This document shows positions 15,450 to 28,265 of a stretch of DNA of 64,000 nucleotides, in pieces. A program made the translations under genes and the position numbers. The DNA is from the human T2T-CHM13v2.0 reference genome, Homo sapiens. The stretch lies in assembly GCF_009914755.1 (NCBI RefSeq), contig NC_060931.1. One strand, written 5' to 3'. A model generated the notes under the pieces. It had not been told where the DNA came from, made no database searches, and saw nothing but the letters and a program-made list of their open reading frames with translations. The stretch's first letter is position 1, and each line of letters opens with the position of its first letter.

Positions 15450-15800
15450 TCAGTGGGGGGAAAGGTCACTTATCTTTAAATGTGAGAGCTGTCTAAAACG
15501 AATGTATCTGCTGAAACATGGGATATAGCAATGGGCTAAATAATTACTGATTAACTCACTTAGCAGTCACCTCATTTTCTTCCCATTGTCTTCCCTACGT
15601 TTTCTTCCCCTGAGGAAATAAACACCCTGATGAAATAAAACAAAGTCTCACAATGCTGATTGGAAAGTCCCTTCTGGCAGGAGCCTCAGCAGGGACCACT
15701 AGAGCAAACACAGCGCCCACGTAATCTGCAAGAAGGTTTTACCTTCCTCTATTCCCTTGCCAGGAGCACCCTGACAAACATTACCTGGCTTCTTTGAAGA
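15450..15800. promoter_or_regulatory. Intronic islet enhancer region around the probable rs1635852 site (15555)
   Basis: CTGATTAA[C]TCACTTAG matches the recalled rs1635852 context and its ~8.86 kb spacing from rs864745. Non-repetitive, with TAAT and TGCTGA motifs. Boundaries are arbitrary. Confidence 0.6.
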
Positions 15801-16792
15801 TAGGTTTTCTGAAGAGGATTCCATTTCCTTCAGGAACTTTCTAGGGGAGGCAGTCAGAGGACTGAGTAACTGAAATGAGTGTTACTATAAGGAGGACAGG
15901 ATCATCTTGCCCGGTGGGGAGGCAGGTCCAGAAAGCTTCGGGGGGCAGGGTACTGCTTCAGGGAATTTTGACAGAATCTGTCATCTTGTCAAAGGTGGGC
16001 ATTCAAGGAAGTAGAAACAGGGTGAGCAAAGATGTGCTGGGAGGACTCAGGGAATTGCCAATAATTTGGCACAGATGGCCTGCAAAAGAGTTGCTTCCAG
16101 ACTTTTGGATTTCACAAAGCAGGCCATGAAAGAAAAGTAATGCCCATGGAAGAGTCCAGAAAACAAAGATATTGACTATCATTATCTTCATTTTGTAAAA
16201 GAAACAACAGTTTAGTGCACACATTCATCAAAAGGCATCACCTTCGAATAAAGGCCACAAATGCCGCCGTATCTAACTTGAAGAAACAGTCATGACAGCG
16301 TGTCTATGTTTTTTTCTCATTGCATGAGGACCGGTGGGAACACTGTCATGGGGCCAGCCCTGGTCTGCACATTTGGGCATGATGACTACAGGGCACAGGA
16401 AGGGGCTTTCCTCTCCTAAGAGGCCACACAACTTGCCCAAGCCTCACACGGGGGAGACATTAGGAAGCACTCAGGTGGGGTCTGAAGGGAAGCCTGTGTG
16501 TCCACCTGCTTCTCATGCTACAGGCCACTTCGCCTCCAGGCCCATGCTGATGGCCTGACAACTGAAGGAGACTGGCTCTTGAGGTCCAAAACTCCACCAG
16601 TCATTTAAGTGTCTGCAGGCAGCATGTGAAGTATAGTCATCAAGTATTTTAGATAAAAATGTGCTCATTCGATAGGTAACGCCATTAAAAATTTCATGCA
16701 TGAAGAATTTGTAACTAGAAGTGAAAAAGTTTTAAGTTATAAGGCAAATGGAAAAGCACAATACAAATTATACATAATAATTAATAATGTAA

Positions 16793-17201
<409 letters not shown>

Positions 17202-17253
17202 TAAATGTACTATAATTTATTTTCATGTTTTCCTTTATTTTCTATATTTTCTA

Positions 17254-17561
<308 letters not shown>

Positions 17562-20500
17562 CACAGAGGATAAAATCTTTTAATTTTTAAAAGTTTGAGT
17601 CAAAACTAATGTTTTTAAAAAACCTGCATTATCCAATTGTCATAAATTGCCACAATTCACTCTACTAGTGAAAAAACAAAAAAGAATTGTGGCTCATGTT
17701 GACATATACTTAATAATTATTTTTCTTTCTACTTTAGTATATCTATCTCATTAGCATTTTATTTTTAGATTTCCCAAATCAAACCAGCAGCTTCATGTCT
17801 TTACGTAGTTTCGTCCTCACATGATGATGTGAGAGTTTCGATTTGACTTAATTATGTCACTATGCAGAGGAAATTTAGCTAGGTCTGTTGATGAATCAGA
17901 AGTTCTCTTATATAAAACAACAACAACTACTACTACAGGTCAGCTAATGATATAGATGGTTTTTAAAGGAAATGAATCAGCTTTCATGGTTTCATGACAG
18001 GGTTGCTAAAACTTTGCTCTATACGATTTTCCCATATTTGGCTACATCTCTTCAACAACTTCACAAGTATTCATCTGAATACCTAAAAGTCCTGTATTTG
18101 GAATAAATCAAAAGGCTTGACTTACTACTCATGAAACCCTGAATCTAATTCCCTGGCCAGGGTATAAGTAAGCTGGCCCTCTGACCCACTCCATCTCCCA
18201 GTTACCCCACTGTGCTACTGAGCACACCTTTTCCTCTCCCAAACTCTACTGCATTTCTTCTAATACTCAATGCTTCATCTATGCCAGGCATTGGATTAGT
18301 TTTTTCTATCTCCCATTGACTCAGAAAAGGGAAAAGAAAAATCAAAGGCCATATAAGTAATAACAAATGAATCCTGACTTACTATTCCTTTGTAAAAGAA
18401 AAAGATAAAAATTAAAAATTTGACTCAGGAAATACAAGAATAGTAAGTAAATACAGCGAGTTAATGAAGAATTACAGATAAGAAAGTAGTGATTGAAGAA
18501 TGAGTTATGCAGAGGCGAAATTCAGCTAGGTCTATTGACACAGGACAGGAAAAGGAAGAAGGTAGGAGGTTTGAAAAGGGGACACTGCAAAAAATGGCAG
18601 TGGAAAAAGTACAAGAAAGATACAGAGATAACCCAATACAGATACACAGAAATACATTTGAATTTTACAACTTTTTCATAACTATTATGATTACATGTTT
18701 TTGAAAACAGTGTAAATTGGTGTTGCATTTTCACAAAGCCGTATTATATAGTTTCTTAGTTTCTAGGGAGAATTTTTAAAATTTATAAATCATGTAAAAG
18801 GTTTGTTGAGCAGTCTAGGTAATTTCCAACTTCCAGAGACCAATGTCCAGTTCATTATAATTTCTCCCTCGAATCAGCACCTCCACTATGGCCCTATGAG
18901 CAGTGTGGGGCCACTAGTACTCTCCAAGGGTACACTACTTGGTTTGCTCATCTTGGAGCATACAGTTCTTAACACTGTCAGCCAGGAAGTGGGCTCTCAG
19001 AAAATGTTTGCTGAAATAAAACTAATGAAATGTAAGCATCAGGCTCTTTGCGAATGATAAAAAGCATCACACTTCCACTAAAAAAAAAAATTAGCAACAA
19101 TGTATTTTATAAATTTATTTTCCTAAAGTCTATATTTAGAATATGATTATTCAAAAAAGTGAGTAACTTCTATTGGGGAAATTTTCATTAATAACCAGAT
19201 TGCAGGTTTTTCCCAACTATAATAAAAAGGCAAAGACCAAAACAAAACCAAACAAAAAAAGGATTGTTCAGTTCTAGATGACGATACCAGGAAATTCTAC
19301 CTGAGGCAAACCTATCCCATAGCCATCTCCATTCTAACTGTCTCACTCTCTGCAGCCATACTGAACAAACCTATTCCCTCTTTCTTGACAGCCCTCCTCA
19401 TATCTGGAACTATGTTCTCTTCACCAAGCTAAGCATTACCAGTCCCTCTTCTCTTCCTCATTCATGGCTTCCAGAGCCTTCATTTCTTGATAGCCTTTCT
19501 ACAGAGACTTATTTCATTGAATATGACAATCAGAATTGATGTGGTCTGGCAATGACCACGGTGGGGTTACCACTCACCATACCCAGAAATCCATACCTCT
19601 ATTAGGGGTGCTTTGGGATGTCTGCAGCTCAGAACTGTTTGCAAAACATGTATCCTCTCCTGCCCTCCACCTACCTGCCCCTCTACCCCCTCCCCCTGGA
19701 ACAATTATCATGAGACTCTAAGAGAAGTCCCTATCAAAACTTCACTATGAAAAATCCAGGGAGAACACTGGGAAATGCCAAGAATTCTCAGTCCCTGGGT
19801 ACTTTCATAATGGGATGAAGAGGTACACATGAAGATGGCCCCTAACAAAGCCTCCCCGAAGTTTTGGGGACTGCTGTCCTCCTTGACTGACCCCCTCCCA
19901 TCCCAACCCATGAGGGTAACTGGCTTATATGACTATTTAAGAAAGAATCTGCAAAGCGCAGATGAGCTTTTGCTACAATCCCACAAGTTGATCCCATAAT
20001 CTAAGCTGTCCAGCAACAGAATAGACCTGAAATAAGCTGATGTGAAATAAGCCCTTAGTGATCACAATGTTCAAGCATGGCAGAGGGCCACTGTCAGGGT
20101 CCCTACAGAAGTCTCCAATGGGTAGAGCAGATGGGTTTGAGACCACTAATGACTCTTCTAGTACTTAAGATATGATCATTATACAGCCTCTTCAAGATCC
20201 TCTGGTCAAACTTAACCTCATATCCAATAGTCTGATGTTCTGGAGTGAGTGCAGGACTCAAACATTTATTCAACAATCAACCAACTAACTAACCAAACCA
20301 CATTTACTGAATGTCTCTTGAATGCCAACCATTGTGCCATACAGGTGAAAAAGGAATTCCACTCACATTCTCTGGCCAATGGGATCCTTTATTTTTCTGC
20401 TTGATCTTATTAATCTATCACTGAGCAACCTTAGGCTGCTGCTGACAATTAATACTAAATAATTATTTATGATTCCCTATTCCTACCTTTTATTAATTAT

Positions 20501-21559
20501 GGTACTTAATTTCTCAGTTTCAAAATTTCTGTAACATAATTGATTATAAATATATTCTATTTCCTACTAAGATGATGCCTACAATATTGAAAAAAAAAGG
20601 GGGCTCTCAATGATAGAAGGAAAAAATGGCCTTTTCTCCTAAAAACAATTATATTCAAAATAGACAAAACATACTAGGGAGAGAAAAAGGCAAAACATTA
20701 AAAAAAAAGAAAAGTAAAAGCTTAGAAGTAGATACAGTAAGATATTTGCAATTGCTATCTGCCCTTGCTCACTAAAACTAAAAATAAAATTGGCTTGCGG
20801 TTTACTAAATTTGGTTGCAAGTACTTTTCCCCACCAAACCACTCTGCAATCACATCAGTCACTAATGAAAATGATTGGGAGGGGGGATGGAAAGGAGGCT
20901 GCAGTAAAAACACACTGTATATTTTCTGGAACATATGATGAAACAGAAGGTTTCACTTCTTGTTTCAACCATTTTAGCACCTTCTCCTTTTACTCAATTT
21001 CAGGGCATGAAAGAGACTGGGCAGTTGTGCAGAATATGAGGAGAACTCATTTTGAGAGAAGATTAAAACCTGGCCCACTAATAAACTATCTTCAGTTACT
21101 GTACACATCAGTCAAACCAAATAATTCACTCTCAGTTTAACTCATTCTACAGGGCTCTGGAATAATACATCACTCTTCTGATAGAGGCACAAGTCCATTA
21201 ATTACCAAACTGTGCTGCCACAGAGTTATACGGTCTTCATTCTTCCCCTATAAAGTGTGTTTTAGTTTTCGAGGCAAGAGGAGAAATTCAGAGGGGAAAT
21301 GAGTAATTTAGGAACCTTTTACAGCTCTCTGGCCTGCACTAAGTAATCCTTTCTTCCCTTTCAGAGTTAATCATCAAAGGTACTGAACACAGTATGGAGG
21401 GCCTGGCCACCCATGCCCATTCAGCAACTACAACCTCCACCTAAATTCAGAATTATCATACAAGAAATGACCCATGCAGAAGAGACCAAGAGAAACAACC
21501 ACATCTAGGCTGTGACAGCACAGAATGTATGTGTGTGTCTGTGTGTGTGTGCACGCGCA

Positions 21560-21770
21560 CATGGGAAGTATAGGAACCAAATACCTGGGTCCAAATTCTA
21601 ACCCTGCTTCTTCCTGGGAAGATGATCTTGTGCAAATTAACCTCACAATGCCTCTGCTTTTTGATCTGGAAAATTATCTTAAGGGTATAAGGGTACCTAC
21701 CTGATAAGGTGTCTATGAGGTTACATAAGCTAATGTAGGTAATGTCCAAATCACAGTAGCTGGTATGTAC
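21560..21770 (+). mobile_element. MIR
   Basis: acctgggtccaaattcta...tgatcttgtgcaaattaacctc...cctctgctttttgatctggaaaat. Confidence 0.65.
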
Positions 21771-22342
21771 ATATACATACACCCTTGATAGATACCTTAT
21801 TCATTCAATCCAAATTGCCACTCACTCCAGCACACTGGTATCTCTGGCTGCCAAGAGTTATGCAACAACATACTTAAACACCAAATCATCTAAATCATTT
21901 GGGTGGAACCATCGATCCTTAACCAGGCTTGTGAAAGGTTCTCTTGGCTCTGTTTACTTTGGACAGGCATCAAGCGTCTGTTTTCCTCAGAATCTGAAAG
22001 TCACTGGGTCAAGGCTGTAGAGGCCCCTTTTCACACAGAGGAACCAGTCAAGGACTGAGATTGCTCTGTGTGGTGGTGGTGGTCACCTGGCCAATTGCAT
22101 GGGGAGTCACTTCGTGGCTTTGGCAGAGTCTGCCACTGTCTGCTAGAATAAATGTGGAGCCAAAATATGATTTGTCTATTTTGACTTGTGTACATTTTCT
22201 GAGTACAAGAGACTATTGATAAGAAGTTTAGGTAAGTGGAGAAAATGTTTGTTGATTCCCCAGAAAGCACAAAATGTTCATTCAGTGAAGAGAGAAGACC
22301 ATTCGCTCATTATAGTTATGAATTAACGCTACATCTTCTACA

Positions 22343-22535
22343 GCAGAGGTTCCCAAGAGTGTGTTGAAATTACCTGGGAATTTGTTGAAACACAAATTGC
22401 TGGGTCTCAGCCCCATAGTTTCTGATTTCGTAGGTGTGGGGCAAGAGGACACAGTGTTGAGAATCTGCACATCTAATACAATAATCCAGAAAATACTGCT
22501 GCTGCTTGTCCAGAGACCACTCTTGGAGACCACTG
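22343..22535. mobile_element. MER5A (hAT-Charlie MITE)
   Basis: cagaggttcccaa...attacctgggaatttgttgaaacacaaattgctggg...gagaccactcttggagaccactg. Confidence 0.85.
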
Positions 22536-23057
22536 CTCTATAAGCAAGAGTACATCACCAAGAAATTTAAATTCAGATCCTAGAACTAGAACACTACCAA
22601 GCAAGGGGGGAAATCATTCTTATGAGACAGTCATTGAATGAATGCATGAATCAAAGGGCAGATAAATACCTTCTCTTCCATCATATGCTACATTTCCCAT
22701 ATTTGTTTATACCGGACTCCATACTACGTATAAATAAAGACAGTCTTCAATATCCATTAAGATGACCTTCGATATCCTTCAACCAACCACAGTGGATTCT
22801 GAAAGCATACATACATGTGCATGCACACAGCCCCTGTGGTGGTCTGCTCAATGTAACTCAATCTCCTCTCTCCTTCCTTTTAATAGCAGAACCTCCAGAG
22901 TGTCTGCTGGGCAAATGGCTGCCCAGCTGCAGACTGATCTCCTCAGCACCCCCACAGCTAGGTGTGCCCACTAAGTCCCTCTTCCCACAGGCTGATAAGC
23001 AGACAAAGTGAGAGGAGGCTGGCCTCAAGCACTGAGTCAGGACCACAGCCTAGAGTA

Positions 23058-23365
23058 GAAGGTGGCAAAGTTCCTTTGTAAAGAGCCAGACAGTGAATAT
23101 TTTTGGCTTTGTGGGCCCTATCAGCTCTATCACAATTATTCAACTCTGCCATTGCAGCACAAAAGCAGTCACAGACGGTATAAAAATAAGGAGTATGACT
23201 GTGTTCCAATAAAACTTTATTTATGGACGTGAAATCTGAGTTGCAAATAATTTTCACATTTTTTCCAACCATTTAAAAATGTAAAAGCTATTCTTAGTAT
23301 GCGGGCTGTACAAAAACAGGAGACAGGCCAAATCTGTCCCAAGGGCAGCAATTTGCCAACCCCTG
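23058..23365. mobile_element. MER58B-like (hAT-Charlie)
   Basis: gtggcaaag...gtaaagagccagacagtgaatattttt...gtgttccaataaaactttattta...tttgccaacccctg. Confidence 0.85.
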
Positions 23366-23900
23366 CCCGATGGGAAGATGACACAAGACAGAAGGAACCC
23401 ATCCTTAGACAGCTTCGTGGAGGAGACATACTATCCACCCTGAACCACAGTCTACTTCCATTCGTGACAGAGACAGCTTTTATCTTCTTTTAAACAATTG
23501 ATTTCAGGGTCCCTGTTAATGAAGCTTAGCATGTAATGCTAACTCATGCACCTACATACACAAAATCACATTTTGGTGTGACACGGTTTGAGTTTAGTAC
23601 TGTTCAAAATGAACAAAAAATTAAGGAATGGAAGAGTCCCCTTTATTTTTTTTTAATCCCCGATGTAAGCTTAAATTCCCCATGGTCTCCTCCTAAGTTT
23701 CTCAAGTAGCAGAACTGATAGGAATAAACACTCATGTTGGTTCCTGCAGCAGGGATTGCCCAATGTCTATTCTCTCTTTATCTCTGCATAACAGAACCCT
23801 GCACAATGTGCCCTGCAGGGGGAATTATACTTCTCGACCTCTCAAAACTTGGTTGAGGGCAGGCACTCTGGGCCTAGGGAGAAAGGAGACCACATTGAAA

Positions 23901-23909
23901 ACACGCGCG

Positions 23910-23981
<72 letters not shown>

Positions 23982-23990
23982 GAGAGAGAG
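23901..23990. repeat. Compound microsatellite (CG)n(CA)n(GA)n
   Basis: Read directly from the sequence. Confidence 0.97.
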
Positions 23991-24719
23991 ATACTTCCTA
24001 ATGCTGCCTGGGCCTCACCCAAAACCCATGGTCCATAGGGGACTGACAGGAGATAAAAAGGCAAGGAGGGGTAGCCAACGTAATGGAGGCAGTAGTTATT
24101 GGTGGGGTTTTCCAGTAAGCCCTTTTGGCCTTCCTGCCCTTCCTTCTGGAAGCCTAGAAATCAGGAGTGCTAACGAAAGGGGAAGAGAACGGCAGAGACT
24201 CCAGCTGGCACAAACATCCTGGACCACTGAAGACAGCAACAGGTGAATTCCAGAATTCTTGACTTAAGCTGCTGTGTCAGGTGTCTGTTACTAGTAGCCA
24301 ATGCAATTCCAATTCCCATAAGCCCCAAATTAGATCCTATTTCCACAACCGAATAAAGGTAGCACCCACATCAACGCAATGCACAGCTCTGAGATGGAGA
24401 GAATTCTCAGATATAAAGGAGCAACAATACATGGGGCTAAGATGCGGGTCTCATAGGGTGACTCTGGGAAAGCCAGTTTTTTTGCCTAAGTCCTCTCACC
24501 ATCAGTTTACCCAAATAACTTCTGACTGGTCCTCTGTAGAAGCAGTCCTATCTTTGATTGCCATTGAGAATTCAATCTGATATGGACATAGACTGGGCTT
24601 AATGATGTCGAGCATTTGAATGAATGTCAAGAAAATGAGCTGCTCATTTTGGCTCTCCACTCATGGCTTTAGGCCTTGGACCAGCCTTCCCTGACTGAAA
24701 GCCAGTCAGTAGGTCAGAA

Positions 24720-25460
24720 CATCCTATGTGCCAGCCACTGTCCTGGGCCCTGGGAACTGCAGTGCACTTGGCTTTGAGTCCCTGCCCTTAAGGAGCTCAC
24801 AAGCTGATGAGGGGAGAGAGACGTTGAACAAACAAATACATAAAGACAATTTCGATAGAGGAAAGTTTTATGAAAAGACATAACGGGGTAATGCAATAGC
24901 AAAATAGGCAGGAAGGTGGGCTCCTAACTCAGCTGACATGGAGAGAGAAAGCCTCCGAATAGATGAGACTTAGATGCTGAGGGGATATTCATAGGAAAAC
25001 CCAGGGAAGTAACTGGGAGTGGGGTTGATGGGAACTCCCTGTACTACTTTTGCAACTTTTCAGTAAGTCTAAAATTATTCTAAAAATTAAATTCATTTTT
25101 AATATAACAAATTTTTTAAAATCTAAAGAGAAACCCAAGCAGAAGAAACAAGAGCAAAGATCTTGAGACATGAACAACACTGGCCAACTCAGGAGAGGAG
25201 GACCGTGAGTGGGTGCAGCACAGGAGCAGAGAGGAAGGCGGGAGGTGGGACCTTCGAGGGGGCGTGGGCAGGAGGTGTTGAGACCGTAAGCCCTGGGAAG
25301 GTGTCTGGGTTTTCTTTTGTTGGAATGGAGAGCCTTGTCAGCACAGTGGCTTGACATGATTGACATTTTGAAGGATCACTCTTGCCGCTGTGGAGGACGA
25401 GCTCTAGGGTGGTGGAGAAAGTAGAGGCAGGGAGGCCCAGGAGGAGGCTGCAGCACTGGG
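24720..25460 (-). mobile_element. L2 fragment interrupted by a short plus-strand L1M 3' end (~24980-25110)
   Basis: ctatgtgccagccactgt...gtccctgcccttaaggagctcac...ttttgaaggatcactcttgccgctgtgg; the insert has gggaactccctgtactacttttgcaacttttcagtaagtctaaaattattc. Confidence 0.7.
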
Positions 25461-25799
25461 AGATGGGGCTTCAGTCGCAGTCTTCAGCCTCCTTACCAAC
25501 TGCAGGAAGAATCAGTTTTACCTAGTAAAGTTCATTCTTCCTGGTGTACACATAGCCTATTATACTGTAGACTGCATAAAAACGGGGAGTCTAGATTCTC
25601 ATACTTCACTCCTGGTGCCTGAACAATTTTTTAAAATATTCACCCAAGCCCTGATACCCCTTATAAGCGAAACCATAATTACGAAATAAAGTGCTTTGAA
25701 TTAAAAAGTTGTTTTAGGTTAGATTGTGATAGTTTAAAAATGGCTACTTCATGAGTTTGATTTGCTTATAATAGCAAAAAAGCAGAACTTAACAGAATG

Positions 25800-26016
25800 A
25801 TGGGGTGATACTGCCCTCCAGGTGGTGAAAATCGGTTCTGGGTGGGGTACGGAATCTCACTCTAAGTGTAAAGCACAGATTACATATAGGACATCAACAG
25901 ATGCACAGTTTATCTGTGGTATTAAAATCTCATGAGGAGGGATGGGAATAGGAAAAAAATGTCAAAAAAGGCTCCAGGATATGGGGGTACATAGTGAAAA
26001 AAGAGTTGAGAAACGT
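25800..26016. mobile_element. hAT-Charlie MITE remnant (subfamily uncertain)
   Basis: ggggtgatactgccctcc start and aaaaagagttgagaaac end are typical of Charlie-family MERs. Confidence 0.5.
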
Positions 26017-26029
26017 GAATTTGCATAAA

Positions 26030-26260
26030 CACCCCAAATATAGCATAACCCAGGCAGAACTCCGCTGTCACTCTCTCCCCTCACCCTGTTCTACCTTTCT
26101 TTCCAGCCCTTACCACTACCTAATATGACATACTTTTGTTTCTTTGTTGTCTACCTGTGTCCCCCATCTAGAATGTAGGCTCCATGAGGGCAAGGGCTTT
26201 GCTTGTGGCTGCACCCCCAGCACTTACAGAAGGGCCTGGCACATGGTAGGCGAGGCTTGT
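26030..26260 (+). mobile_element. L2 3' end
   Basis: ctagaatgtaggctccatgagggcaagggc...gcctggcacatggtagg. Confidence 0.75.
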
Positions 26261-26739
26261 TTTGTGAAGGGAGGCTGTTGGGTGAGATGTCCTCAAAGGT
26301 TCCTTCTGCTGCAAACTCTAAGATTCTCAGATGCCCTCGCAGCATTGTCAGCCACAAAACATCGTTTTAGTTCCATCCCAGGAGGCCATTCCTTGCATAC
26401 CAAAACCATCTCATCAGAAGGTGGCCCCACTTATGATCTCCACCAGCTGTGTTTTAGGAAGGTCACGATATATTTATCGAAACAGCTCCATAGTCAGAAA
26501 CTTCAGCATGACAGTACCTCATGCTGCATCAGGTGATCATGAAAAGATTACAGGCTTTCTAAAATTATCAGCAAGATATGGACCTTTATGGCTTGCATTC
26601 AGCTTCTAATTGTCAAGAAGGAGGTAGTAAATCATTTGGAAGTTTGTTTTTGGTTTGGTTGGAGAGAAAAGTTCTTGAGCTATTAGGTATAGAACCACAG
26701 CATTTTTTGACCTGAAAGAAACCTCAGAAATCATCCATT

Positions 26740-26975
26740 CCTGCATTAGAATGTAGCTGTGGATCTCAACGTCTAAGTCTGAACTCTGGTTATGTTCTAG
26801 TAAGTGACAATGAACAGATTATTTAAGCACTCTGTAGCTCAGCTTCCTCGTTTGTAAATTGGGAATAATAATAGATGCACCCCATAGATGAATTAATTCA
26901 TGTAAGGCTGTCGAAACAATAATAATATGTAGCACAATTCAGGCATTCAACAAATATTAGCCATTATCATTATAA
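26740..26975 (+). mobile_element. MIR
   Basis: ctcagcttcctcgtttgtaaattgggaataataa...caacaaatattagccattat. Confidence 0.75.
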
Positions 26976-27579
26976 CCAGCCTTTTGGTTTTTACTTTTTT
27001 TAACTTGAAAAATCCTTTAATCTAAAAAAAAAAAAAAAAAAAAAAAAAAGTCTACTCAAAAGCCCTGTAGGTAGAGGATGAAAACTACTAGGAAGTCCTA
27101 CAGAAACCCTAGAGCCCCAAGAACACTCCTAGAAAACCAGTGATTAAGCCCAAAGCACACATTTTATTCCCCAAGAAATGGAGGCTACAGGTTGAAGTGA
27201 CTAGTCAAGGTCACAGAGAACTCCAGTTTCAACTACTGGCCCTCTTGCACTCTACGTTACCAGGTGCCTCCTTGTTATTAAGGAAGTACAGAACATGTGC
27301 TAATGGGGGCTTTGCTGCTGTCACAGGAATGAGTGTCAGGAGTGACTTTCAGAAACTGCATGTGATCTTCACAGAGAATCATGGAGGTCCCCATGGCAAA
27401 GTGAAAAGCAATAAGTCCCTCTGGGGCTTCCCTGCCAGATGGTTATACAGCCTCTGCTTGAATATTTCCAATGAACCCACTGCTTTCCCTGACAGCCTTT
27501 GCTGCTAACTAGCTATAAAAACCAGACTTAGAAGCAGTATATGATTATCCTTTATTCCCCAAGAATCTCACCATTCGCA

Positions 27580-27810
27580 TGGCAGTATGGTGAAGGCTTT
27601 GGAGTCAAGCAGGCCTGACTGTGTGATCTTGAGGGGATTACTTACTCTCCTTAAGGCTCAGTGTCTTCGCCTACAAAATCCAAATAATATATAGTACCTC
27701 CTTTGCAGCCTTTCCGAGAGGGTCAAATGAGAAAATGCATTCAATTGTGTTTTGTAGTCCCTAGTACTTAGTTGCAGCACAATAAATTGTAATTGCTATT
27801 AATTGTCATT
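27580..27810 (+). mobile_element. MIR
   Basis: ggctttggagtcaagcaggcct...ctgtgtgatcttg...ctcagtgtcttcgcctacaaaat. Confidence 0.75.
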
Positions 27811-27904
27811 ATAACCATCTACTCTCTCCATTAAACCATTAGGCTATATGTTACCTATTCAAAGGAAAGGCAAAGTTCTTAACAGCAGGCTCACTTATTT
27901 GGTC

Positions 27905-28265
27905 CAAGGCAGGAACTTGCTAACTGTCTACCCAAATCAGGCCTTCCTTTCCTCTACAGTAATAGAATTATAGCTAGGCCATGCTGAGGATACATGCCCC
28001 AGTGCCTTTGCAGTTCCATGTAGCCATGCAATTAAGTTCTCACTAATGCAATAAAAGTGGAAATAAGAAGTTATCACTAATAGCCTAGGCCATACATATT
28101 GTATGTGTACTCCTCCATACTCTTTTCCTTTCCCTCTACAGGAACACAAAGTTTCATCCTCAGGCCCCAGAGAATCCAGCTTCTACCTTATGTGAAAGAG
28201 AGACAAACTTCTTGAGCCTTTAGTTCACGTAAGGTTGGGCCTATTTGTTACAACAGCTGAACTTT
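27905..28265 (+). mobile_element. Old MaLR LTR (MLT1J-like)
   Basis: tgtctacccaaat...cagtgcctttgcagtt...gccatgcaattaagttct...tttgttacaacagctgaac. Confidence 0.55.
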
